DNA from: Hydrurus foetidus
Taxonomy: Eukaryota
Reading direction: 5' to 3'
DNA length: 64,000 nt
Assembly (NCBI GenBank): GCA_900617105.1
Contig: UYFQ01000001.1
Coordinates: 310,001 to 374,000 of the forward strand
Numbering within the stretch: position 1 is the first letter of the stretch; each line of letters opens with the position of its first letter. A model generated the notes under the pieces. It searched no databases and had not been told where the DNA came from. It saw nothing but the letters and a program-made list of their open reading frames with translations. A program made the position numbers and the translations under genes. Below, piece after piece: positions 33,107 to 42,097 of the stretch.

Positions 33107-33951
33107 GGGCAAACTCCAGTGAAGTTGAAGGTCAACATGCCTCACAATTGCGGCATGCGCCTACAGCTTACGAATTCACCGATGGCCCTCGCGCCGCTCC
33201 CGCTCCGCGTAGCGGCTTCGTCCAACTCCGATATCGAGCTTTCGATTTTCCATACGAACCAGCGCATTGCAGCTGATGCAGTCGAAGTTCGTGACCTTCA
33301 GTTGAAAATTGGCGCCACCATCTGGTGCGATGGTGGCGAAGTACTCGGCGCCACACTGTGGATTGAGACAAACGGCCTGATTCGACTTGGAAGTAGACTC
33401 GGCGTTGCACACGACCGGCTGTTCGCAGACGGCGCAGGCAAACTGAAATACCTCTCGCATGCTGCCGCCAGTAATCGTTCCAGCGAGCGCCTCATCTAAT
33501 TCCGCGACTACTTGGTTCAGGTACGCCAGTTGTTTGTTCGAGTCTTCCGGCGGTCCAGCATTGGCTGCTGGGACATGGAGAAGATTCCCAATCTTGTTGT
33601 AGTGCTTGCGGAGCCACTTGTACGCCAGCGCTTTGTGTTCACCAACGTAGCGCATTTCCTTCGCCGGTTGCCCGTATTCTTCTTCCACCCCAGCGGCTAG
33701 AACGAAGCTCTTATCAGCCCGTGGCTCGAACTCCAATAGAGTCTTTACTGCTTGGGGCGGCTGCCATGTTGCCAGGACCGACTCTGGAATCATGGACGAG
33801 TACGCGCGTAGTTTCTCGTAAGTTATGGCTTCCATGCACATACGCAGTTCGAGTGCCGCGTAGCGGATTGCGTGGGGCTCGGCGGCTGCGAGTAGCTGCT
33901 TTGCCCTCGCCATGCAGGAGCGTTTGTCGACGGACATAAGGAAGCTAATGT

Positions 33952-33982
33952 GATGTACACCGCAAAACCTGCGGTGTACATC
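33952..33982. repeat. Perfect 13-bp inverted repeat next to the cassette 5' boundary
   Basis: GATGTACACCGCA-AAACC-TGCGGTGTACATC. Confidence 0.9.
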
Positions 33983-34276
33983 GGCGACTGAGGTTTAAAT
34001 CATTCATCGAAATCTCCTGAAAGGGGCTAGCAGACTGGTTCTTCAACCAGTATATTGGACAAAAAACTAGTTATAAATTTTCCATGAAACCCCGCAATCT
34101 CCCGCAGCAATCGACCTGCCTGTTGGGGCAATTGTCTGAGTGAAGTTGGTGCGTGCCATACAGCCCATTGTGGGGTGCATCACGCCAAAGCCATCACAGC
34201 CGGTTCAGCAATTCAGCCTTTTTAGCGGCGAGAAGCCAGAGTCAGGTTTGTATGGCCGCATACATCTTGGTTTTCT

Positions 34277-34497
34277 TTATCTAATTTAATAGCTGCTTCC
34301 GCAGTATTTATATGGCTGAAAAGCTTATTTGATGGTTAAAAATCACTGTTTTGGTGGGTTTTTGGCACCCAAACTCTCCACCATTGGCTATGAGCTACTT
34401 TCAAGGGCATTCAGAAGACGTTTTAGGGCTTTAAAAATGCATCAAATGGGTCGATAAAACCTGTAAATACTGCGTAGACAGCTATTAATTTTGATAC
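34277..34497. repeat. Inverted pair of the GCTAY-N7-ATAGC dispersed motif
   Basis: TAATAGC-TGCTTCC-GC-AGTATTTA on plus and TAATAGC-TGTCTAC-GC-AGTATTTA on minus. Confidence 0.6.
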
Positions 34498-34522
34498 ATG
34501 AATGCTGAAGGATTGCTGCATT

Positions 34523-34537
34523 GCAAGACCTGCCCCC
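34523..34537 (+). repeat. Empty variant of the IS110 target (REP-like)
   Basis: GCAAGACCTGCCCCC versus the reconstructed target GCAAGACCTGACCCC. Confidence 0.7.
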
Positions 34538-34612
34538 GCTCATGTGCGATCGGCATGCCACGGGCGTTGAAGGTGTAGCGCCGGGTGTCGCCGTCGGTAT
34601 GGATGACGGCTT

Positions 34613-35461
34613 CTACGAAGTTAGCGACAGCAGCCGCACCATCTCAGCAGCGGGCAATTGCAAAATTTGGCTGATTTGGGCTGCATTCATGCCACTTGCG
34701 GTCATCGCTTTGACGGCTTGGGCCAGGCCTTCTGCTTTACCTTCTGCCCGAGCATCCCCCAGTAGACTGGTTTCAATGCGCCGCTTGTCCAGTCCCACGT
34801 GGTAGGTGTCGAGTTCAGCGTCGCTGAAAGCGGCCACATTAACCAGTTCCAACGCGCTGGCGATGTCGGCGTTGTTCAGCATGTCTGCATCAGGGGCCAA
34901 GCCATCTTCGCCCACTTCGTTCAAAAAACGCAACCACAGCACTTGCATTTGCCGCTGGACACGGGTGCTGGGTTTGAATTTAGGGAGTTCTACAAACACA
35001 AATTGCAAGCCTTCCAGCCGCTCGTGGGTGTTCTCTAGATTGACGATTTGGAAGTGGTGGTAGTAGTTGTCGGTGCTGTGGTCAAACACATCGTCAATCA
35101 GGGCCAGGGCGTACACGGGTTGAAGCTCGCGGTAATCCTTGCCTTTTTTGAGCTGCTTGACGTAAGCCTGTGCGCCGCCAAACACGATGCGCTTCTCAAA
35201 CGAAGAACTCCACAGCATTTGCATCTCGACGATGAAGGTGCGCCCTGCGGTGTCGGTGCATTTGACATCGACGATGGAATTTTTAAGCAAGCCGGGGATT
35301 TCAGGGACTTGCTCGGGCGTGAGGTATTCCAGCTTCTCGATGGGCTGGTCTTCAGGGAGTGGCAGCAAGGCATTCAAGAAACTGCGCAACAAATGCTCAT
35401 GCTCACCGAACACGCGCTTGAACGCGAGGTCTATCTTGGGGTCGAGGTAGCGGGTGGGCAT
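34613..35461 (-). CDS. Rpn-family PD-(D/E)XK nuclease / putative transposase (PDDEXK_2)
   Basis: LDPKIDLAFKRVFG, SIVDV...FIVEMQ, FVELPKF and an EGKAEG tail. Confidence 0.88.
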   Translation of the reverse strand: MPTRYLDPKIDLAFKRVFGEHEHLLRSFLNALLPLPEDQPIEKLEYLTPEQVPEIPGLLKNSIVDVKCTDTAGRTFIVEMQMLWSSSFEKRIVFGGAQAYVKQLKKGKDYRELQPVYALALIDDVFDHSTDNYYHHFQIVNLENTHERLEGLQFVFVELPKFKPSTRVQRQMQVLWLRFLNEVGEDGLAPDADMLNNADIASALELVNVAAFSDAELDTYHVGLDKRRIETSLLGDARAEGKAEGLAQAVKAMTASGMNAAQISQILQLPAAEMVRLLSLTS

Positions 35462-35589
35462 GGCGGGCGGCTGGGCAGTTGGTGAGAGGGGATTATCGGC
35501 TTTTGCGGAAGATGTGGAGCGAGGTTTTGCTGGGGCTTGTGCCTTGAGAATTGGCTTGAAATACCTGGATTTGTGGCAAAGCAAGACCT

Positions 35590-36868
35590 CGTATATTCAA
35601 TCCGCCGAGCAGTTAAGCTTGAATTGTTTGATTGAACAGGCTGGGTCGGGAGAGGCTGGCAAGACTTTGAGCATTGAAGCTCATGGGTCAGATAAGTCCC
35701 CCGATCCATTATTCGTTCCATCAAAGATCGAACGGTAACTTGGGCCGCTGCCTTGTGCTGGTGAGCCCGCATACGAGGTGGATCATGAATGGTAACGAAG
35801 CTTCTGAATCAAGCATTTTGGCAACGACTGACGTGCATGTGGGTATCGATGTATCCAAGCTCAAACTTGATGTCGCACGCCTGCGGCATGGGAAGTTTCG
35901 AAGCAAGGTGTTCAGTAACAATGTTGCAGGGTTCAAAGCACTTGTAGCGTGGCTACTTGAAGATGGCGTGACGCTCAGCCAAGCGCACCTGTGTTTAGAA
36001 GCCACAGGCCCCTACAGCGAAGCATTGGCCGTTTGGCTGTGTGATGCTGGATGGCGAATCAGTGTGGTCAATCCAGCCCGTGTGAAGGGATTTGCCCAAA
36101 GCGAGCTGACACGGAACAAAACTGACAAAGCAGACGCCGCCTTGATTGCACGGTTTTGCGCCGCGCTTGCGCCCGAACCATGGTGCCCACCCAGCATGGC
36201 CATTCGCCAACTGCGCAGCTTGGTAGAGCGGCTGCAAGCGCTCAAAGACATGCACCAGCAAGAAGTTAACCGCATGGAAGCTGCTCATGCAACGGGCGAC
36301 AAGCTAACGCAGACCTACATTCGCGAGCATGTGGTCTATCTGGAGGCCGCGATCAAGACACTGCAAAAGGCCATTGACGACCACATTGCGGGCGAGCCTC
36401 AATTGCACAGTGATGCCCAGTTGCTCGCCAGTATCCCAGGCATAGGGGCAGTGACGCTTGCCAAAGTCATGGCTTATGCTGGCAATGTTGAGCGTTTTAC
36501 CAGTGCAAAGGCCCTCAGTGCTTTTGCCGGTGTATGCCCTCAGCAACGGCTGTCAGGCACCAGCGTAAAGGGGCGCAGCATGATCAGCAGGCGTGGGCAT
36601 GAGGATTTGCGCCGTTCGCTGTACATGCCTGGCATGGTGGCACTTCGTTACAACCCGCTGGTTCAGGAAATGGCGCTGCGCTTGAGAGCAAAAGGCATGG
36701 CCCCCAAGGCCATCATTGCTGCGGCGATGCATAAATTGCTGCATTTGATCTACGGCGTTTTGAAAACGCGCAAACCGTTTGATGCGAACTGGGCTAAAAA
36801 TACCGCCACCTTGATGGCAGATTCCGTCATTTTTTCAGTCAGAACTGTTGACTTTCAAGACGGTATCT
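35590..36868 (+). mobile_element. IS110-family (IS621/Piv-like) element, 1,279 bp
   Basis: CT core at 35588-35589 and 36867-36868. Target GCAAGAC-CT-GACCC; donor junction ACGGTAT-CT-CGTAT. No terminal inverted repeats or long TSD. Confidence 0.9.
35604..35790 (+). ncRNA. Predicted bridge RNA of the IS110 element (ends approximate)
   Basis: Target loop: GCAAGACTT (35659-35667), hairpin TGAGC/GCTCA, GGGTCAG (35685-35691). Donor loop: ACGGTAACT (35732-35740) and ATACGAG (35771-35777). Confidence 0.82.
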
Positions 36869-36870
36869 GA
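35785..36870 (+). CDS. IS110-family DEDD recombinase/transposase
   Basis: GIDVSK, LEATG and KTDKAD (DEDD) plus SGTS serine; GAGGTG RBS; ends QDGI. Confidence 0.95.
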   Translation: MNGNEASESSILATTDVHVGIDVSKLKLDVARLRHGKFRSKVFSNNVAGFKALVAWLLEDGVTLSQAHLCLEATGPYSEALAVWLCDAGWRISVVNPARVKGFAQSELTRNKTDKADAALIARFCAALAPEPWCPPSMAIRQLRSLVERLQALKDMHQQEVNRMEAAHATGDKLTQTYIREHVVYLEAAIKTLQKAIDDHIAGEPQLHSDAQLLASIPGIGAVTLAKVMAYAGNVERFTSAKALSAFAGVCPQQRLSGTSVKGRSMISRRGHEDLRRSLYMPGMVALRYNPLVQEMALRLRAKGMAPKAIIAAAMHKLLHLIYGVLKTRKPFDANWAKNTATLMADSVIFSVRTVDFQDGI

Positions 36871-36881
36871 CCCCGGAATCC

Positions 36882-36922
36882 CTTGTCTAAATATGCGGGT
36901 AATTGCATTGAGGCCTAACGTT
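36882..36922. repeat. 41-bp direct repeat, copy 2
   Basis: CTTGTCTAAATATGCGGGTAATTGCATTGAGGCCTAACGTT. Confidence 0.9.
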
Positions 36923-36999
36923 GGCGCTGCCCGGCATGCAACACATGCCGCGAAGCGGCCTTCTGCGGTTGCATGTCCGTGCCGAGCAACCAGTTAAAC
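36913..36999 (-). other. Integron attC site
   Basis: Minus strand: R'' GTTTAAC (contains the stop) and R' GTTAGGC, with stems ATGCAAC/GTTGCAT and GCCGC-TTC-GCGGC; 87 bp. Confidence 0.85.
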
Positions 37000-37305
37000 C
37001 GCAGACAGCGCATAGAGCTGAACTCCTATGAACACAAGAGCGGCCACGACCGACGCCGCGTTAATGATACCGAGCGCGAAGCCTAGGGTAGGGTAGCGCG
37101 TTAGCGATGTGCGCCACTCTCGATATGCCAGAGAGGCCGCAATGGGAATCAAGGGAAATAGTAAGGCAGTGCCGGCAAGGTAGTTGCCCAGCCCCAGCAA
37201 GAGCATTCCCGAAAGCAAATAAATTGCGACGACGACTCCCAGCATGGCACCTAACGGAGTCAACCGTGGTTCAAAGTGGGCCAGAAAGGTCTTTCGGTCA
37301 AGCAT
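36994..37305 (-). CDS. Small membrane protein in a gene cassette (103 aa, about 3 TM)
   Basis: ATG lies 3 nt after GTTAAGT; the stop lies in the attC R''; hydrophobic sequence. Confidence 0.7.
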   Translation of the reverse strand: MLDRKTFLAHFEPRLTPLGAMLGVVVAIYLLSGMLLLGLGNYLAGTALLFPLIPIAASLAYREWRTSLTRYPTLGFALGIINAASVVAALVFIGVQLYALSAV

Positions 37306-37308
37306 GCG

Positions 37309-37393
37309 ACTTAACAATCAGCGTTTATCCGCCGCGCCACAAAGGCCAGCCAAGAGCGAGAACGTTGAACGCGGGGGATAAACCATGTTGGAC
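37309..37393 (-). other. attI-like or degenerate attC site heading the array
   Basis: Minus strand GATAAAC-GCTGATT-GTTAAGT core, a stem GTTTATCC.CCGCG/CGCGG.GGATAAAC, and an upstream GTCCAAC. No intI adjacent. Confidence 0.5.
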
Positions 37394-37549
37394 TGAACCG
37401 CCCGTGATGCGGTCAATTGAGGGTTGCTTGAACCATAGAGGATTTCAATTTTTGCGTCCCCGATGGCAAACATTATCAGTCCAAGCGACAGTGTTTTCTG
37501 ACAGTCAAGTTACCCAAACTACCTCCATCGCGAGATGCTTTTAAAGCCA

Positions 37550-38314
37550 TCACAGCCGACTCAGCAAATCTGCCTTTTTAGCGGCGTATTCTTGCGCTGT
37601 GAGGATGCCTCGGGTTTGCAGGGCGGCTAGCTTTTCGATGCTGGCGAAGATGTCGCTCTCATGGCCTGATGAAGACGAGTTGTTGTAAGGCTGCACGTTG
37701 TCGCCGCTGGTGTAGGTTTGCGGTGCTTGGGGCGCGATGTAGGGGGCGGGCGCTGGCTGCATGGGGGCTACGCCGTTCACGCTGACGACGGGCAGGCGGC
37801 TCAAGTCTACGTAGCCGTATTGGCTGGTGAACGTGACCGAGTAGCCGCCGCTTTGCTGCTGCGAGACACCGCCAATCTGGTGATCCAAGGTGTCGTAAAT
37901 GGTGACTTGGCCGCTGGCGTCGATGGCCAAACGGCGGGCTTGGGCAAACCAGGCGTAGCGCAGGTCGTTTTGACCGCCGGTGCTGTTGGGCCAGCGCAAA
38001 TCGGGGCCCCACCAGTCGGGCTGGGCGGGGGCGGTGACGTACAGCTCAATGGGCCCCCGGATCAGGCGTGACAACTCGGCGCACAGGCTGTCTACACGGC
38101 CTTTGAGGTAGTTGTTGAACATGTCGCCAATCATGGTCATGCCGCCCGACATCCATTGGCCGGAGCCACCGAATTCGTAATGGCTGAACTGGGCCATGCT
38201 GCCGTTGCCGTTCATCACGGACACGAGCATGGACTGCACCGCGTCGGTGCTGAAGCCGTGGCGCTGGGCCACATCGTTGACAGCTTGCTGGCCGGAGGGG
38301 GTGAGTTGACGCAT
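37550..38314 (-). CDS. SHOCT-domain protein
   Basis: C-terminal IEKLAALQTRGILTAQEYAAKKADLL. Confidence 0.8.
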   Translation of the reverse strand: MRQLTPSGQQAVNDVAQRHGFSTDAVQSMLVSVMNGNGSMAQFSHYEFGGSGQWMSGGMTMIGDMFNNYLKGRVDSLCAELSRLIRGPIELYVTAPAQPDWWGPDLRWPNSTGGQNDLRYAWFAQARRLAIDASGQVTIYDTLDHQIGGVSQQQSGGYSVTFTSQYGYVDLSRLPVVSVNGVAPMQPAPAPYIAPQAPQTYTSGDNVQPYNNSSSSGHESDIFASIEKLAALQTRGILTAQEYAAKKADLLSRL

Positions 38315-38484
38315 AAAAAGGGGCCGCTGCAATCAGCGGTGTATGGAGACGCAAGGTTAGGGTAAGCCCTGACTTTAGACGAGATTGGATGTAAATAAGC
38401 ACAGAATTTTTAACCGGGTAGGTTGATGCGCGTTCAAAACGTAAAATCGTCCCTTTGGTTTTTACTTTAAGCAGGGGTTGTGGC

Positions 38485-39204
38485 ATGGCAGGGCACAGTA
38501 AATGGGCAAACATTCAGCACCGCAAGGGCAGGCAGGACGAAAAGCGGGGCAAGGTGTGGACGCGCGTTATCCGTGAAATCATGGTGGCGGCACGCCAAGG
38601 CGGCGGTGACATCAAAGAAAACCCCCGTCTGCGTCTCGCTGTAGAGCGTGCCAAAGCGACGAACCTGTCCGCTGAAACGGTGAAGCGCAACATCGACAAG
38701 GCCACAGGCGCTTTGGCGGGTGTGAGCTACGAAGAAATCCGCTACGAAGGCTACGGCATCGGTGGCGTGGCCATCATCGTGGACACCATGACGGACAACA
38801 AAGTCCGTACCGTGGCCGAAGTGCGCCACGCCTTCAGCAAATACGGCGGCAACATGGGCACGGAAGGTGCCGTGGCGTTCCAGTTCAAGCACTGCGGCCA
38901 ACTGATTTTTGCCCCCGGCACCGATGAAGACAAGGTGATGGAGATCGCCCTGGAAGCAGGTGCCGAAGATGTGATTACCGACGACGACGGTGCCATCGAG
39001 GTGCTGACGGCCTATGCCGACTTTGAAGCGGTGAAAAACACGCTGGAAGCGGCTGGTTTCAAGGCCGAGGTGGCCGAAGTCACCATGCGCCCAGAGAATA
39101 CGATTGAGTTGTCCGAAGAAGATGTGGTGCGTATGCAACGCATTTTGGACGTGTTAGAAGATTTAGACGACGTGCAAGAGGTTTATCACAATGCCCAGAT
39201 CTAG
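38485..39204 (+). CDS. yebC: YebC/PmpR family protein
   Basis: [14 protein letters not shown] and YEGYG motifs. Confidence 0.95.
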   Translation: MAGHSKWANIQHRKGRQDEKRGKVWTRVIREIMVAARQGGGDIKENPRLRLAVERAKATNLSAETVKRNIDKATGALAGVSYEEIRYEGYGIGGVAIIVDTMTDNKVRTVAEVRHAFSKYGGNMGTEGAVAFQFKHCGQLIFAPGTDEDKVMEIALEAGAEDVITDDDGAIEVLTAYADFEAVKNTLEAAGFKAEVAEVTMRPENTIELSEEDVVRMQRILDVLEDLDDVQEVYHNAQI

Positions 39205-39223
39205 TGTGAAAGCCAGCGTTCGC

Positions 39224-40546
39224 ATGAACGTGCTGGTGGTTGGCGGCGGTGGCCGTGAGCACGCCTTGGCGTGGAAGTTGGCGCAGTCTGAGAAGGTTGA
39301 CAAGGTTTTTGTCGCTCCCGGTAACGGTGGTACAGCCATCGACGCTCGATTTACCCCTGTTAACTTGTCTTCTCCGCAGGATTTGCATGCTTGGGCAGCT
39401 ACTGAAAAGATAGCGTTAACCGTGGTGGGCCCCGAGGCACCTTTGGCTGCGGGCATCGTGGACGAGTTCCGTGCCCACGGCTTGCGGATTTTTGGCCCTA
39501 CCCAAGCGGCGGCGCAACTGGAAAGCTCTAAAGCGTTCTCCAAAGCCTTCATGAAACGCCACGGTATTCCGACCGCCGCTTACGAAGCATTCACCGAAGC
39601 TGCCGCCGCCCACGCCTACGTGGACGCGCAAGGTGCTCCCATCGTTGTGAAGGCGGACGGCTTGGCCGCTGGCAAGGGTGTGGTCGTGGCGATGACGCTG
39701 GCCGAAGCGCACGAGGCCATCGACTTCATGCTGCTGGACAACAGCCTGGGTGTGGTTCACGCCGCAGGCGACGACGGCGTGGCCGTGCCGCGTGTGGTGA
39801 TTGAAGAGTTTTTAACGGGCGAAGAAGCCAGCTTCATCGTGCTGTGCGACGGCAAAAACGTCACCGCACTTGCCACCTCGCAAGACCACAAGCGCTTGGG
39901 CGATGGCGATACCGGCCCCAATACCGGCGGCATGGGGGCTTATTCGCCCGCGCCGGTCGTCACCCCCGATGTGCATGGCCGGGCGATGCGTGAAATCATT
40001 TTGCCCACCATCAAAGGCATGAAGGCCGATGGCATCGTCTACACCGGTTTTCTCTACGCTGGGTTGATGATCGATGCGCAAGGTCACGTCAAAACGCTGG
40101 AATTCAACTGCCGCTTGGGCGACCCGGAAACCCAGCCGATTTTGATGCGCCTGAAAAGCGATTTGTTCGACGTGCTGTGGGCGGCCACGGGCGAAAAGCT
40201 CGATCAGCTGGAGCTGAAATGGGATCGCCGTGCCGCTTTGGGTGTGGTGATGGCCGCGCACGGCTACCCGATGAATCCACGCAAGGGCGATGTGATTACC
40301 GGCCTGCCCAAAGACAGCGACGATTTGGTGGTGTTCCATGCGGGAACCGTCAAAAACGATAGCGGTATTTGCACGTCTGGCGGGCGGGTGCTGTGTGTCA
40401 CGGCCCTGGGTGATTCGGTGAAAGCCGCACAGCAGCGGGTGTACGACGCTATGCCTGATATTCAGTTTGCGGGTGCGCAGTACCGCCGTGATATTGGGTT
40501 TCGGGCGAGTCATCAAGTAGAGCGGAGGGTCATTCCCCGTGAGTAA
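39224..40546 (+). CDS. purD: Phosphoribosylamine--glycine ligase
   Basis: [28 protein letters not shown] and [10 protein letters not shown] motifs. Confidence 0.97.
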   Translation: MNVLVVGGGGREHALAWKLAQSEKVDKVFVAPGNGGTAIDARFTPVNLSSPQDLHAWAATEKIALTVVGPEAPLAAGIVDEFRAHGLRIFGPTQAAAQLESSKAFSKAFMKRHGIPTAAYEAFTEAAAAHAYVDAQGAPIVVKADGLAAGKGVVVAMTLAEAHEAIDFMLLDNSLGVVHAAGDDGVAVPRVVIEEFLTGEEASFIVLCDGKNVTALATSQDHKRLGDGDTGPNTGGMGAYSPAPVVTPDVHGRAMREIILPTIKGMKADGIVYTGFLYAGLMIDAQGHVKTLEFNCRLGDPETQPILMRLKSDLFDVLWAATGEKLDQLELKWDRRAALGVVMAAHGYPMNPRKGDVITGLPKDSDDLVVFHAGTVKNDSGICTSGGRVLCVTALGDSVKAAQQRVYDAMPDIQFAGAQYRRDIGFRASHQVERRVIPRE

Positions 40547-41444
40547 CGTCGTTAAAACGTATCTGCTGGGTCTACAGATGAGCATCACTACCGCCATTGC
40601 GGCGGTGGACGGTGGTCGGTTTTTGTCAGACGCTTGGGAAAAACCTGCTGACGAACCGCTGCAAGGTCATGGCATCACGCAAATCCTAGAGGGTGGTGCG
40701 GTGTTCGAGCGTGCAGGTTGCGGTTTTTCGCATGTGCGGGGTGCCAAGTTGCCCCCTTCGGCTACCCAGCACCGGCCTGAGTTGGCGGGGGCACCTTTTG
40801 AGGCGATGGGCGTGTCCCTGGTGTTCCATCCACGCAACCCTTATGTGCCCACGGTGCACATGAATGTGCGGATGATCTCAGCCACGGCTGCGGGGCAAGC
40901 CCCGGTGTGCTGGTTCGGTGGTGGTCTGGATTTGACGCCGTACTACGGCTTTGCTGAAGACGCGGTGCATTTCCACACCGTTTGCCGCGATACGCTGGCC
41001 CCCTTTGGCGACGACAAATACCCGCGCTTCAAGACCTGGTGCGACGAGTATTTCTTCCTCAAACACCGCCAAGAGCAGCGCGGCGTAGGCGGCGTGTTTT
41101 TTGATGATTTTGCTGAAGCGGGCTTTGAGCAAAGTCTCTCCATGATGCAAGCGGTGGGGTCGTCTTTGTTGACGGCCTATTTGCCCATCGTGGAGCGTCG
41201 CAAAGACACGCCGTATGGCGAGCGCGAGCGGCAGTTTCAGCTGTACCGGCGCGGTCGTTACGTGGAATTCAACTTGGTGTGGGACCGTGGCACGCATTTC
41301 GGCTTGCAGTCGGGGGGCCGCACCGAGTCGATTTTGATGAGCATGCCGCCGCTGGTGAGTTGGTCGTACCAGCGCGAGCACGAGGCGGGTTCGCCGGAAG
41401 CGCTGCTGACGCAAGACTTTTTGGTTCGCCGGGACTGGGTTTGA
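40539..41444 (+). CDS. hemF: Oxygen-dependent coproporphyrinogen III oxidase
   Basis: [23 protein letters not shown] and [10 protein letters not shown] motifs. Confidence 0.96.
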   Translation: MSNVVKTYLLGLQMSITTAIAAVDGGRFLSDAWEKPADEPLQGHGITQILEGGAVFERAGCGFSHVRGAKLPPSATQHRPELAGAPFEAMGVSLVFHPRNPYVPTVHMNVRMISATAAGQAPVCWFGGGLDLTPYYGFAEDAVHFHTVCRDTLAPFGDDKYPRFKTWCDEYFFLKHRQEQRGVGGVFFDDFAEAGFEQSLSMMQAVGSSLLTAYLPIVERRKDTPYGERERQFQLYRRGRYVEFNLVWDRGTHFGLQSGGRTESILMSMPPLVSWSYQREHEAGSPEALLTQDFLVRRDWV

Positions 41445-42097
41445 CGCTGGCTGTGCATTCTGTTCAGCATGCCGCCAAACATACCGGTCAACGCATCGGC
41501 GTGTTCGGTGGTGCGTTTGACCCCCCCCATGCAGCCCACCTCGCACTGGCCCGTTTGGCGGTGGTGCAGCTGCAACTTGACGCTTTAAAAATCTTCCCTA
41601 CCGGCCATGCGTGGCACAAAAGCCGCCCCTTGACTGCCCCTGAGCACCGCTTGGCGATGGCGCAATTGGCCTTTGCCGATCTGCCGCAAGTGCAAGTCGA
41701 TGCCCGTGAACTGCTGCGAGCTGGCCCGACCTACACCATCGACACGTTAGCGCAATTACAAGCCGAAAACCCAGGCTGCCAGCTGTACCTCATCATGGGT
41801 AAAGACCAGGCTCAGGCTTTGTCAAACTGGCACCGTTTTGAGGATATTTTGCGAATCGCTATAATTTGTGTAGCTGGACGCGCCACTGCGGCACGCACAG
41901 CAGGCTCAATTGATGCTGATTCACAGGTTCCACCAGGGCTCGCCCGGAGTCGCTTTGAATCGCTGCACTTACCCCCCATGGCGGTCAGTGCCACCGACAT
42001 CCGCCACCGCGTTGCCACAGACCAGGACATTCATGGTCTGGTCAGCGAGCCCATTGCGCGCTATATTGCGCACCACCACCTTTATCACTCAACTTGA
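41441..42097 (+). CDS. nadD: Nicotinate-nucleotide adenylyltransferase
   Basis: [17 protein letters not shown] and SATDIR motifs. Start uncertain. Confidence 0.92.
   Translation: MTLAVHSVQHAAKHTGQRIGVFGGAFDPPHAAHLALARLAVVQLQLDALKIFPTGHAWHKSRPLTAPEHRLAMAQLAFADLPQVQVDARELLRAGPTYTIDTLAQLQAENPGCQLYLIMGKDQAQALSNWHRFEDILRIAIICVAGRATAARTAGSIDADSQVPPGLARSRFESLHLPPMAVSATDIRHRVATDQDIHGLVSEPIARYIAHHHLYHST

Larger units (their letters stand above)
30806..33226 (-). mobile_element. 2,421-bp tyrosine recombinase plus IS91-like Y2 transposase element with attC-like ends
   Basis: Shared GTT (AAC on plus) at 30803-30805 and 33224-33226. Removing the element restores the host ORF. It carries two overlapping genes. 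Confidence 0.88.
30725..33937 (-). pseudogene. Cassette gene (263 aa when rejoined; C-terminal Cys pairs suggest Zn binding) split by the recombinase/HUH element
   Basis: Segments 33937-33224 (...RKLDIGV) and 30802-30725 (RFECTACGQRH...EES*) join in frame. The cassette start TTAGCTT complements the R'' of its attC. Confidence 0.85.

Noticed and set aside
37323..37385. GCGGGGGATAAACC resembles the end of a type I-E CRISPR repeat
   Set aside because: Only one inverted pair, with no repeat-spacer periodicity and no cas genes. Better explained as an att-type site.
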